Assembly: GCA_902588335.1 (NCBI GenBank)
Contig: CACIOV010000001.1
Span: 1-45,049 of the forward strand
Reading direction: 5' to 3'
DNA: 45,049 bases
From: an uncultured Pelagibacteraceae bacterium
Lineage (GTDB): Bacteria > Pseudomonadota > Alphaproteobacteria > Pelagibacterales > Pelagibacteraceae
Below the pieces are notes generated by a model. That model was given only the letters and a program-made list of their open reading frames with translations, was not told the origin of the DNA and ran no database searches. Shown here in pieces: positions 18,793 to 28,573 of the stretch. Made by a program: the position numbers and the translations under genes. Each line of letters opens with the position of its first letter. Position 1 is the first letter of the stretch.

Positions 18793-20226
18793 ATGGCTCA
18801 ACAACCTTTCAAAATAGTTGAAAATCATCAAAATAAAATGCCTTGTAATATTGAGGCTGAACAGGCTGTTATTGGTTCTATTCTAGTCTCAAATGAAATT
18901 TTTGATGAAATTATACCAATTATAGATGCACAAAAGTTTTTTGATCCAATACATGTCAAAATCTTTGAAGTCATAGAAAATTTAATAAATAAAGGTCTTT
19001 TAGCTAATCCGATTACTCTGAAAAACCATTTTGAAAATAACGAAGGTTTAAAAGAACTAGGTGGTCAAGAATATTTAATAAAAATTACAAAATTTTCAAC
19101 ATCGACTAAACAGGCTATTGATTACGCAAACATTGTTCAAGAAATGCATGTGCGAAGAGAATTAATTAAAATTTCAGAAATTGTTATGCACGAAGCTAAT
19201 AATAGCAATATTGATCCTTCTTCATCAGGGGAAGAAATTATTCAAAATGCTGAAAAATCTTTATTCGATTTGGCCGAGAGAGGACATTTTAATCAATCTT
19301 TTATGAAATTTGAAAGTGCACTTAAGCAAACTATTGATATGGCTAAGAGTGCTTATAAAAATGATGAAGGTATAGTTGGGGTTCCAACTGGATTAACTGA
19401 TTTAGATTCAAGATTAGGTGGCATGCATAAACAAGATTTAATTATTATTGCTGGAAGACCTTCCATGGGTAAGACAGCTCTTGCTACAAATATTGCTTTC
19501 CACGCAGCAAAAAATATAGAAAAGAAAGGAACTAAGTCTACTGTAGCTTTTTTTTCTTTAGAAATGTCTTCAGAGCAGCTTTCGACAAGAATTCTTTCTG
19601 AACAATCAAGAATAAGATCCAATGATATTAGAAGAGGAAAAGTGTCGGAAAAGGAATTTGAACAATTTATAGAAACATCTAAAAACATATTTGAGCTGCC
19701 TTTATACATAGATGAAACCCCCGCTATTACTATTGCAGCCATAAGTAATAGATCCAGAAGAATCAAAAGACTTTTTGGACTAGAATTAATTGTAGTTGAC
19801 TATATTCAGTTGATGAAATCTAGTGGAAGAAAAGAATACAATAGAGTCCAAGAAATATCTGAAATAACTCAGGGTTTAAAGGCTTTAGCAAAAGAGCTGG
19901 ATGTACCTGTGCTAGCTTTATCCCAACTATCACGTGCGGTCGAGCAAAGAGATGATAAGAAACCACAATTAGCCGATTTAAGAGAATCTGGATCTATTGA
20001 ACAAGATGCTGACGTTGTGATGTTTGTTTATAGAGCAGCTTATTATCTTGAAAGAAAAGAACCTACCGTGGGATCAATTGAACATGCGGAATGGCAACAA
20101 AAAATGGATGAAATATCTAGCTTAGCAGAGATAATGATTAGTAAACAAAGGCATGGACCAACAGGAAATGTTAAAGTTGAATTTGAAGCAATGTATACTA
20201 AGTTCAAAGATCTAGAAACTAAATAA
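18793..20226 (+). CDS. dnaB: Replicative DNA helicase DnaB
   Basis: 477 aa with the N-terminal NIEAEQAVIGSIL block, Walker A AGRPSMGKTA, then VVDYIQLM and LRESGSIEQDADVV. No intein. Confidence 0.95.
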   Translation: MAQQPFKIVENHQNKMPCNIEAEQAVIGSILVSNEIFDEIIPIIDAQKFFDPIHVKIFEVIENLINKGLLANPITLKNHFENNEGLKELGGQEYLIKITKFSTSTKQAIDYANIVQEMHVRRELIKISEIVMHEANNSNIDPSSSGEEIIQNAEKSLFDLAERGHFNQSFMKFESALKQTIDMAKSAYKNDEGIVGVPTGLTDLDSRLGGMHKQDLIIIAGRPSMGKTALATNIAFHAAKNIEKKGTKSTVAFFSLEMSSEQLSTRILSEQSRIRSNDIRRGKVSEKEFEQFIETSKNIFELPLYIDETPAITIAAISNRSRRIKRLFGLELIVVDYIQLMKSSGRKEYNRVQEISEITQGLKALAKELDVPVLALSQLSRAVEQRDDKKPQLADLRESGSIEQDADVVMFVYRAAYYLERKEPTVGSIEHAEWQQKMDEISSLAEIMISKQRHGPTGNVKVEFEAMYTKFKDLETK

Positions 20227-20239
20227 CTTTGCCGCTTCA

Positions 20240-22693
20240 ATGTTTGAAAAAATATATAATAATTTAATAATTAAAAAACCTAAATTTACTTTACTAATTC
20301 TTATTGTTTTGTTGTTAAGCTTTGGATATTTTGCGAAAAACTTTCAATTAGATGCATCTTCAGACACTCTTCTTCTAGAAAACGATCCTGACTTAAAATA
20401 TTTAAGAGAAGTAAACACCAAGTATGGATCAAAAGATTTTTTGGTACTAACTTATACCCCAAAAAATGATTTGTTAGATCCTGATACAATTAAAAATCTT
20501 ACAAATTTAAAAAATGACTTAATAAATTTAAGCTGGGCAAATAATGTAATAACTATTTTAGATGTCCCATTACTTAAAAATAATGATGATCCTCTTACAG
20601 AAAGAATTAAGAATTTTAAAACATTATCTAGCAAAGATGCAGATAAAAAAAGAGGTTTTGATGAAATTATTAATAGCCCAATTTATAAAGAATTTGTAAT
20701 TAGCAAAGATGGAAAAACTACTGGAATATTAGTTTATATCAAAATCGACAAAAAATTATCTGAACTTATAAAAACTAAAAATAGCTATTTGGATAAAATA
20801 GACAAACAATTATTAAGCTCTAAAGAGAAAAAAGAATATAAAAAATTTTTAGAAATATATGATAGTTATAAAAAGTCTTATAATAAAAAAAACCATCAAA
20901 ATATAATAGAAATTCGAAAGATAATAAAAAAACATAAAGATACAGCTAAAATTCATTTGGGAGGTATCCCTATGATTGCTGATGACATGATGACTTATGT
21001 TAAAAATGACATAGTAGTATTTGGGGCTGGAGTTTTTCTTTTCATTGTTTGCACACTTTGGTTCGTTTTCAGAAGTCTAACGTGGGTATTTATTCCACTT
21101 TTAAGTTGTTTTTTTTCGGTTTGTATTATGGTTGGTCTACTAGGATTATTAGGATGGAAAGTTACAGTTATATCTTCAAATTTTATTGCTCTAATGCTTA
21201 TTTTAACTATGGCTATGAATATTCATATGAGTGTTCGATATTTACAATTAAAAAAAGAAAATCCAAATATTTCAAATAGTGAAGCAATACTTTGGACTTC
21301 AAAAAAAATGTTTTGGCCAATACTCTACACCGTGCTCACAACTATATGCGCTTTTTTATCACTTATTTTTAGTGGCATTAAACCTATAATTGATTTTGGG
21401 TGGATGATGACTGTAGGACTTTTGGTTTCTTTATCCATAACTTTTACCTTACTGCCAGCAATTTTAAATATCTTAAGCAAAGAAAGTACAACTTATAAAG
21501 TAGAAAAAAAATCAATAATTACTTCTTTTTTAAGTAAAGTTGCACAAAAAAATACTAAAACTATTTTCTCCTCAGCGCTACTTGTTATTATTGTAAGTAT
21601 TATTGGTATAACAAAGCTTGAAGTAGAAAATAGTTTCATAAATTATTTTGATAAAGAAACTGAAATATACAAAGGTATGAAATTAATTGATGATGAGCTT
21701 GGGGGAACAACACCTCTTGATGTAATTGTAAAATTTCCAGGTAATGAAAAAAAGCAGGAAGAAGAAGATGATTTTGATAATTGGGATGATGAAGATGCCG
21801 ATAATGAAAAATATTGGTTTACAAGAAACAAAATAGATATAATTACCCAAGTGCATGATTACCTGGATAATTTGCCATCAGTTGGTAAAGTTATATCTTT
21901 CGCATCTATGGTTAGAGTTGCTGAAGATTTAAATAATGGAAAAAAATTACAAGGATTAGAAATGGGAGTTTTGTATACTAAAATACCCGATTCAATAAAA
22001 AAAGAAATAATTGATCCCTATATCTCTATAGAAAATAATGAAGCAAGAATTAGTTTAAGAGTCTTGGACTCCAAAGAGGATCTTAGAAGAAATGAATTAA
22101 TAAAAAAAATAAACTATGATTTAGAAAATCAATTAGGATTAAAACGTGAAGAATTTAAATTGGCTGGTGTACTTATTCTTTTTAATAATTTATTACAGAG
22201 TTTATTTAAATCTCAAATATTAACTTTGGGCGTTGTGATGGCAGGCATCACTACAATGTTTTTAATTTTATTTAGAAATGTAACTTTGTCTCTAATAGGT
22301 GTTGTGCCAAATTTTATGGCAGCCTTTTTAATTCTAGGTATTATTGGTCTACTAGAAATACCTCTTGATATGATGACAATAACTATTGCCGCTATAACCA
22401 TAGGTATAGCCGTTGATAACAGTATCCATTATATTTATAGATTTAGAGAAGAATTTAGAAAAACTAACAATTACAATGCATCTCTTGAAAAATGTCATGA
22501 TACTGTTGGGGTGGCTATTTTAAATACTTCTATAACAATTGTTTTTGGTTTTTCTATACTTGTACTATCTAATTTTATACCAACAATCTATTTCGGAGTT
22601 TTTACAGGAATAGCAATGCTTTTAGCTATGATTTCAGTCTTAACGCTCTTGCCAAAACTGATTTTAATAGTAAAACCTTTTGGTAATGCCTGA
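20240..22693 (+). CDS. RND-superfamily (MMPL/SSD-type) exporter, substrate unknown
   Basis: 817 aa with two roughly 6-TM bundles, each following a large soluble loop. The second bundle contains GIAVDNSIHYIYRF. An acidic loop reads EKKQEEEDDFDNWDDEDADNE. Confidence 0.7.
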   Translation: MFEKIYNNLIIKKPKFTLLILIVLLLSFGYFAKNFQLDASSDTLLLENDPDLKYLREVNTKYGSKDFLVLTYTPKNDLLDPDTIKNLTNLKNDLINLSWANNVITILDVPLLKNNDDPLTERIKNFKTLSSKDADKKRGFDEIINSPIYKEFVISKDGKTTGILVYIKIDKKLSELIKTKNSYLDKIDKQLLSSKEKKEYKKFLEIYDSYKKSYNKKNHQNIIEIRKIIKKHKDTAKIHLGGIPMIADDMMTYVKNDIVVFGAGVFLFIVCTLWFVFRSLTWVFIPLLSCFFSVCIMVGLLGLLGWKVTVISSNFIALMLILTMAMNIHMSVRYLQLKKENPNISNSEAILWTSKKMFWPILYTVLTTICAFLSLIFSGIKPIIDFGWMMTVGLLVSLSITFTLLPAILNILSKESTTYKVEKKSIITSFLSKVAQKNTKTIFSSALLVIIVSIIGITKLEVENSFINYFDKETEIYKGMKLIDDELGGTTPLDVIVKFPGNEKKQEEEDDFDNWDDEDADNEKYWFTRNKIDIITQVHDYLDNLPSVGKVISFASMVRVAEDLNNGKKLQGLEMGVLYTKIPDSIKKEIIDPYISIENNEARISLRVLDSKEDLRRNELIKKINYDLENQLGLKREEFKLAGVLILFNNLLQSLFKSQILTLGVVMAGITTMFLILFRNVTLSLIGVVPNFMAAFLILGIIGLLEIPLDMMTITIAAITIGIAVDNSIHYIYRFREEFRKTNNYNASLEKCHDTVGVAILNTSITIVFGFSILVLSNFIPTIYFGVFTGIAMLLAMISVLTLLPKLILIVKPFGNA

Positions 22694-23234
22694 CGTAATA
22701 GATTTTATACAAGGTAACATTTCAGCTTTTGATCTAATTGTTTTTTTAATTATTGTTTACTCCATGGCACAATGTGCTGCAAAAGGATTTATGTTAAGCC
22801 TATTATCATTTTCAAAATGGTTACTTGCTTTAGTAATAACAATTATATTAGTGCCAAAAATAAGTCCCTGGGTGCAAGATTATATAGAATCAAAATTTAT
22901 TACTGATATTGTCCTAGGAATTTTTATATATATAGTTTCACTTTTCATAATAATTAATATAGGTAAAGCCATTGCCAGCGCAGTCACATGGACTGGCCTT
23001 GGTTCAGTAGACAAAATTTTTGGTTTATTTTTTGGAATATTTAGAGGATATGTAGTTTGTGTGTGTATTTTTTCTCTAATTAATTGGTTTTATCCACATC
23101 AAAAATGGCCATTAAAAGCTGAAGGTACTCATTCTTTCGAATTAATATATAAAGGAAGCGAGTTCTTGATTGATGAATTTCCTAATAGTAAAGAATACTA
23201 CGAAGAAACAGAAGAAAGAATAGAAAAAATTTAA
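22686..23234 (+). CDS. cvpA: CvpA-family membrane protein (colicin V production protein homolog)
   Basis: About 182 aa from ATG 22686 (the track starts at TTG 22680). It has 4 predicted TM segments and lies directly upstream of purF, as in the classical cvpA-purF operon. Confidence 0.75.
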   Translation: MPDVIDFIQGNISAFDLIVFLIIVYSMAQCAAKGFMLSLLSFSKWLLALVITIILVPKISPWVQDYIESKFITDIVLGIFIYIVSLFIIINIGKAIASAVTWTGLGSVDKIFGLFFGIFRGYVVCVCIFSLINWFYPHQKWPLKAEGTHSFELIYKGSEFLIDEFPNSKEYYEETEERIEKI

Positions 23235-24668
23235 ATGACACGATTAAAAGAGGAATGTGGAGTTTTTGGCATTTTTGATAATAAAGATGCTGCAGCTCTT
23301 ACCGCATTGGGTTTACATGCTTTACAACATAGGGGACAGGAAGGTTGTGGTATTGTCACATTTGATGAAAAAAATTTTTATGCAGAAAGAAGACTTGGAT
23401 TAGTTGGAGATAATTTTACTAAAGGAAAAATTTTAGAAAAATTGTCTGGTAATTATGCCATTGGTCATAATCGTTACTCAACAGCAGGAAATAATTTAAT
23501 AAAAAATGTTCAGCCTTTTTTTGCAGATCTTCACTCAGGTGGTATTGGTATTGCTCATAATGGAAATTTAAGTAATGCCCATCACTTGAGAAAAGAATTA
23601 GTTAAAAATGGTTCTATTTTTCAGACTACATCTGATACAGAAACTATAGTTCAACTTATAGCAAAATCAAAACGATCTAAAATAGTTGATAAAATAATTG
23701 ATGCCCTTTTTAAAATCCAAGGAGGTTACGCATTAACAATATTAACAAATAAAAAATTAATAGGTATTAGAGATCCTTTTGGAATACGACCTTTGGTTAT
23801 TGGCAAACTTCAAAAATCATATGTATTAGCATCAGAAACTTGTGCATTTGATATTATTGGAGCTAAATTTATTAGAGAAGTGGAAAATGGCGAGATGGTC
23901 GTAATAACTGAGGATGGATTAGAAAGTCTTAAACCATTTCCAAAAATAAAAGAACGTCCATGTGTTTTTGAATATATTTATTTTTCGAGACCCGATAGTA
24001 TCATAAATAATACTAGCGTTTATGAATATAGAAAAAAGTTAGGAGCTCAATTAGCTAAGGAAAATCATATAGAATCAGATTTAATAATACCTGTTCCAGA
24101 TTCTGGTGTTCCTGCTGCTATAGGTTATTCAGAAGAAGTTAAAAAGAATGTTGAGTTAGGTATCATTAGAAATCATTATGTAGGTAGAACTTTTATTGAA
24201 CCAACACAGCAAATAAGAAGCTTTGGAGTAAAACTAAAACATAACATTAATAAAACTCTTATAAAAAATAAAAGTTTAATTTTAATTGACGATTCTTTAG
24301 TAAGAGGAACAACCTCAGTAAAAATTATAAAAATGCTTTATAACGCCGGTGCAAAAGAAGTTCATTTAAGAATTGCTTCTCCTCCAATTAAATATCCTGA
24401 TTATTATGGTGTAGACACGCCAAATAAGGACGAATTACTTGCTTCAAAATACGATTTAGAAGGAATGAGAAAATTTATCAACGCAACTACATTACAATTT
24501 TTATCAATTGAAGGTTTATATAAGTCTATGGGATATGCAAAAAGAAATTCTTCATATCCACAATTTACTGATCACTGTTTTACTGGCGAATATCCTGTTA
24601 AACCCATCGATGTAAATGATAAAGACTTTATGGACAAACAACTATCTTTTATTTCTTCAAAATCTTAA
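23235..24668 (+). CDS. purF: Amidophosphoribosyltransferase
   Basis: 477 aa with a short propeptide then CGVFGI (Ntn Cys), followed by GHNRYSTAG, SDTE and the PRPP loop LIDDSLVRGTT. Confidence 0.96.
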   Translation: MTRLKEECGVFGIFDNKDAAALTALGLHALQHRGQEGCGIVTFDEKNFYAERRLGLVGDNFTKGKILEKLSGNYAIGHNRYSTAGNNLIKNVQPFFADLHSGGIGIAHNGNLSNAHHLRKELVKNGSIFQTTSDTETIVQLIAKSKRSKIVDKIIDALFKIQGGYALTILTNKKLIGIRDPFGIRPLVIGKLQKSYVLASETCAFDIIGAKFIREVENGEMVVITEDGLESLKPFPKIKERPCVFEYIYFSRPDSIINNTSVYEYRKKLGAQLAKENHIESDLIIPVPDSGVPAAIGYSEEVKKNVELGIIRNHYVGRTFIEPTQQIRSFGVKLKHNINKTLIKNKSLILIDDSLVRGTTSVKIIKMLYNAGAKEVHLRIASPPIKYPDYYGVDTPNKDELLASKYDLEGMRKFINATTLQFLSIEGLYKSMGYAKRNSSYPQFTDHCFTGEYPVKPIDVNDKDFMDKQLSFISSKS

Positions 24669-24683
24669 TATTAAAAAATTAAT

Positions 24684-26033
24684 TTAACTTAATCCAAAAA
24701 TTCGAGATTTCTTTGTCAATATATATAATTTTCCATTATTTATAATTGGAGATGTAATAATAGAATCTCCAATTTTTTTAAAAAATTCAACTTTTCCAGT
24801 AACAGCTGAACTTACAATTAAATACCCATTTAAAGTTACTGAATAAATTTTTCCTGAACCCATAATAAAACCTGTTATCTGAGTTGCTTGTTTTTTTCTT
24901 TTTAAAATTTTTAAAATATTATTTGAAGAAATTATTTTTCCTGTATCTTTGTCCATTATTATAAAATAACCATTATCAGTCACAAAAAAAATATTTTTTC
25001 CATCTATGATTGGTGCTCCAATTGAACTTAATTTTTGCTCCCAATTTATTTTGCCACTATTTAAATGATAAGAAAAAATTGAAGAACCTGCTGAAAATAT
25101 AATGTCGTCATTATTTATTACAATTTCAGAAGATTTAAAAAAATCTGTAGCATCTGTAAGAATTGAGCTTGATGTATTTAAAGCCCAATAAATATTTCCA
25201 TTACTACCCTTGGCTTTTAACAAATCTCCTGAAGAATTAATAACAATAACATCTCCTTTTTTAGTAACAGCTAGAGATAAAAAATTTTCTGACTTTATAA
25301 AAGATGATACAGATCTAATATCCCAAATTTTAGAACCGTCATTCGTATTTAGGCAAAGAATTCTATTATCTTGATTAATTAAAAAAATCTTATCATCAAA
25401 GATTTTTATATTTGATTTCAGTGGTATTCCGTGGTTTTTAATCCAAACAAGTTCTCCTCTATCCAAAGAAATTGCATATATAAAACCAATATTATCAATT
25501 ACGTAAATATTATTTTGATAAATAGAAAAATTTAAATTTTTGTATATTTTTTTATAAATTTTTTTATATATATTTTTTTTCCAGTTTACACTTCCTGTGT
25601 CGCTTATATTAAAGATCGTACCTCTATTATCCGAAAAAATTATATTATTCATATATATTAAAGGAGAAGCCATAATCTTTGACATAGTAAATTTATTCTT
25701 CCCAACTTTTTTTTTTAAAAAAATATTATCTATTCCAGTCAAATAAATATTACCAAGAAAATTTTGATGATTTAAACTTGACATTTCCCAAGACATATTT
25801 TTTTTAGCTTTTGATAAACTAATATTTTTGATTAGATCTATTTCTTTTGAATAAATATCGTCGGATGAATAAACCTTGTTTACATCAATTATTTTGCTCT
25901 GTTCTTCTTCTAATTGAGAAATTTTTCTTTTTTCTTCTTTGCTTCCACCCCAAATTCCTGTTTTGTTATCAAAAGAACAATTATTTAACAAAACAAATAC
26001 TAATAAAAAAACCAAATTTTTTTTATTAATCAT
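24684..26033 (-). CDS. bamB: Outer-membrane assembly lipoprotein BamB (PQQ-like beta-propeller)
   Basis: Repeated W-x-beta-strand propeller units (VNWKK, LVWIK, KIWDI, IYWAL, INWEQ). The probable start is ATG 26031-26033 (MINKKNLVFLLVFVLLNNC); the ORF track extends to 26069. It follows a yfgM-like gene, as in other proteobacteria. Confidence 0.75.
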   Translation of the reverse strand: MINKKNLVFLLVFVLLNNCSFDNKTGIWGGSKEEKRKISQLEEEQSKIIDVNKVYSSDDIYSKEIDLIKNISLSKAKKNMSWEMSSLNHQNFLGNIYLTGIDNIFLKKKVGKNKFTMSKIMASPLIYMNNIIFSDNRGTIFNISDTGSVNWKKNIYKKIYKKIYKNLNFSIYQNNIYVIDNIGFIYAISLDRGELVWIKNHGIPLKSNIKIFDDKIFLINQDNRILCLNTNDGSKIWDIRSVSSFIKSENFLSLAVTKKGDVIVINSSGDLLKAKGSNGNIYWALNTSSSILTDATDFFKSSEIVINNDDIIFSAGSSIFSYHLNSGKINWEQKLSSIGAPIIDGKNIFFVTDNGYFIIMDKDTGKIISSNNILKILKRKKQATQITGFIMGSGKIYSVTLNGYLIVSSAVTGKVEFFKKIGDSIITSPIINNGKLYILTKKSRIFGLS

Positions 26034-26673
26034 TTTTAATGAAAATAAGTTTTGATTTAGCCTGGTCATAAAAATCTTTTTGTAAATTTTTTATCAAAAG
26101 GATTTGATTGTAAAATTCTCTTGCTTTTATATATTCCTTTTTTGATACAAAATAATCCCCGATCAATAACAGAGCGTGTGGTTTCCATAAAGTTTCCGAA
26201 TTTAATAGCGGCTGTATGTCTATTAACAATTGTGATTCACTTATAAAATCTGAACTAAGTAAAGCCTTTTTATAAATTAACAAATTTTTAACTTCTTTAT
26301 CAAATTTATTATTGTTTAATAAATGATTAAATAAATTTGATAGTTCTTCATGATCAGTAACTAAATTTTGATTCAATATTAAAAAAAAACTTAGCGTTGA
26401 ATAAGTGGAATCATTAGCAAAAATCACTTTTTTTAATATGTTTACAGCTTCTTTTTTATTTTTGTTTTCAAGATATATTTTAGCTTGGATATAATTTTCT
26501 GATAGCAAAATCCTATCTTTTTCCTTTTTTTCAAAATAAATACCAAAAGAGACAAAAATAATTGTTAGAACTAATATAGATGAAAATATTAAAATTTTAT
26601 TTGATTCGTAAAATCTTTTTAGTTTTGATTTTTTGGTAATGTCATATTGTGCCTGGATTAAATCTTCGTTCAT
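26026..26673 (-). CDS. Membrane-anchored TPR-like protein (YfgM-like)
   Basis: 215 aa with a single N-terminal TM (ILIFSSILVLTIIFVSFGIYF) followed by a helical-repeat domain. Its position immediately upstream of bamB matches yfgM. Confidence 0.5.
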   Translation of the reverse strand: MNEDLIQAQYDITKKSKLKRFYESNKILIFSSILVLTIIFVSFGIYFEKKEKDRILLSENYIQAKIYLENKNKKEAVNILKKVIFANDSTYSTLSFFLILNQNLVTDHEELSNLFNHLLNNNKFDKEVKNLLIYKKALLSSDFISESQLLIDIQPLLNSETLWKPHALLLIGDYFVSKKEYIKAREFYNQILLIKNLQKDFYDQAKSKLIFIKND

Positions 26674-26685
26674 TTAGTTTTTCTT

Positions 26686-27465
26686 TTATTTATACACATT
26701 TTTTGAAGAAGGAAATCTTCTCGTTTTTACGTCTTTAGTATAATTCTTTATACTTTTATCAATAATTTCTTTTAAATTTGAATATCTCTTAACAAATTTT
26801 GGAAAAAAATCACTTATACCCAACATATCATCTATAACAAGTATTTGACCATCACAGTATTTAGATGCTCCAATACCTATGGTCGGAATAGAAACACTTT
26901 TTGTTATTTTTTTAGCTAAACTTTCAACAACACATTCTATTACTATTGCAAAAGCCCCAGCATTTGAAACTGCTAAAGCATCTTGTAATATTTTTTTCCT
27001 CTGCATAAAATTCCGACCTTTCAATTTAAAGGTAGCAGAAGATTGAGGCAACAAGCCAACATGACCCATTACTGGAATTCCTTTATCTACAAGATATTTA
27101 ATTATTTTTGCTATCTTTTTGCCACCCTCTAATTTAATAGCATCACATCTTGTTAATTTAATTATTTTCTTGGCATTTTTGTATGCAATAAATTTATTAG
27201 TATAAGTTCTATATGGCATATCAAGAACAACTAAACTTTTCTTTACAAAGTTTTTTACAGTTTTGCCGTAAAGAATCATGTGATCAATTTTAACTTCTCT
27301 AGTTGTTTTCATGCCATGCAAAACCATTCCTAGAGAATCTCCAACTAAAATTATATCACAATATCTGTCAGCTATTTGTGCTACTGCTTTTGAGTATGCG
27401 GTTATACAAGTTATTGGAATTTTATTTTTTTTGCTTAAAATTTTTTTAATTGTTATTTTTTGCAT
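26686..27465 (-). CDS. panB: 3-methyl-2-oxobutanoate hydroxymethyltransferase
   Basis: 259 aa with TAYS...ILVGDSLGMV, KLEGG, MGHVGLLPQS and the PTIGIGAS...DGQILV pattern. Confidence 0.93.
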   Translation of the reverse strand: MQKITIKKILSKKNKIPITCITAYSKAVAQIADRYCDIILVGDSLGMVLHGMKTTREVKIDHMILYGKTVKNFVKKSLVVLDMPYRTYTNKFIAYKNAKKIIKLTRCDAIKLEGGKKIAKIIKYLVDKGIPVMGHVGLLPQSSATFKLKGRNFMQRKKILQDALAVSNAGAFAIVIECVVESLAKKITKSVSIPTIGIGASKYCDGQILVIDDMLGISDFFPKFVKRYSNLKEIIDKSIKNYTKDVKTRRFPSSKNVYK

Positions 27466-27895
27466 CTTCTGGAGTCAATTTTAATAATTTATCTTGAATC
27501 TCTTTTTTTTTTGAACAGAAAGAACTACAAACTAAAATAAATTTATCAATTAATTCTTTTGCTTGGTCATAATCAGATTGCTTAATTTTTAAAAGTGTAA
27601 GCATATATAAGGCTTCATCATTTTGTGGATTTAATAATAAAACATTGTTTAAGTTGATTTCCTCTTCTTTATCATTTTTATCTTTATTAAAAATTTTGGC
27701 TAGATATAAATATGATCTCTCATTTTTGGGATTAAAAACTATATCCCTCTCAAATAAAATTTTTGATTTATCAAATTCTTTATTTTTGAAAAGTTTTATC
27801 CCTTTGTCAAAATAATTGATTTGTTTAGTTATCCCGCTTGAAATTAAAAATAAATAAACAACTAAGATATTTACTAAAAAAAAAATTTTTTTCAT
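27446..27895 (-). CDS. Small exported TPR-repeat protein, function unknown
   Basis: 149 aa with a signal/anchor segment (IFFLVNILVVYLFLISS) and TPR-like helices (NPKNERSYLYLAKIF, NPQNDEALYMLTLL). Overlaps the panB start by 20 nt. Confidence 0.5.
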   Translation of the reverse strand: MKKIFFLVNILVVYLFLISSGITKQINYFDKGIKLFKNKEFDKSKILFERDIVFNPKNERSYLYLAKIFNKDKNDKEEEINLNNVLLLNPQNDEALYMLTLLKIKQSDYDQAKELIDKFILVCSSFCSKKKEIQDKLLKLTPEDAKNNN

Positions 27896-27919
27896 AATTA
27901 AACTATTTAGCTCTATGTA

Positions 27920-28537
27920 TCATATTTTTAAAATACCTTTGCAAAAAATATAAATTTCTTTAGATTCTTTTTTGCTTGATAAAGGTTTGTATTTAACAAT
28001 CTTTTTAAAGTATTTTTTGGCTTTTTCATTAATTTCTTCATATACAGACCCCATAAATATTTTTGACAAAAAAACACCGTCTGGATTCAAAATTTCCTTA
28101 GCCAATTTCATCGCATTTAAGCAAAGTTCACCAGTTCTGTATGAATCAATCATTTTGCTGCCTGTGGTATTTGCGGCCATATCTGACAGCACCACATCAA
28201 TTTTATTATTAAAATAAGAAAATATTTTTTTATAAATTTCCTTTTCAGAAAAGTCTCCCTGAATAAAATCAACATTACCAATTTTCTCCATAAATTTAAT
28301 ATCTAGTGCCAAAATTTTTCCTTTGATTATCTCTTTTCTTGCTACTTGAGACCATCCTCCTGGACTAGATCCTAAATCTAATAAAGATGAATTTTTTTTT
28401 AAAAATTTAAACTTTTTATTCATTTCTATTAATTTAAAGGCTGATCTAGATCTATATCCGTAGATCTTGGATTGTATAAAGAAAGAATCTTTTTTTTGTT
28501 TGATAAGCCAATTTTTTGAAATTTTATTTTTTTTCAA
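27920..28537 (-). CDS. rlmE: 23S rRNA (uridine2552-2'-O)-methyltransferase RlmE/FtsJ
   Basis: 205 aa with YRSRSAFKLIE, the SAM motif LDLGSSPGGWSQV, then DVVLSDMA and KIF. Confidence 0.9.
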   Translation of the reverse strand: MKKNKISKNWLIKQKKDSFFIQSKIYGYRSRSAFKLIEMNKKFKFLKKNSSLLDLGSSPGGWSQVARKEIIKGKILALDIKFMEKIGNVDFIQGDFSEKEIYKKIFSYFNNKIDVVLSDMAANTTGSKMIDSYRTGELCLNAMKLAKEILNPDGVFLSKIFMGSVYEEINEKAKKYFKKIVKYKPLSSKKESKEIYIFCKGILKI

Positions 28538-28573
28538 ATAATTATTACTTTTTAAATTTTTATTATTAAATTT

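Noticed and set aside
19353-19766. 137-aa ORF antisense to dnaB. Similar antisense ORFs lie at 16252-16581 (fabG), 31326-31670 (alaS), 13583-13894 (pdxA), 15856-16128, 16767-16994, 943-1398, 36848-37105 and 43256-43489.
   Set aside because: All lie fully inside well-supported conserved genes on the opposite strand and have low-complexity, unrecognisable translations. One example is PPPPLPPSS, opposite the alaS GGKGGGG run. They also lack independent start context. They are best explained as shadow ORFs created by codon bias in the sense gene.
25536-25571. Three imperfect 12-nt tandem repeats inside bamB encoding IYKK-IYKK-IYKN.
   Set aside because: This is in-frame low-complexity coding sequence in a Lys/Ile/Tyr-rich proteome. 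There is no evidence of a regulatory or mobile-repeat role.
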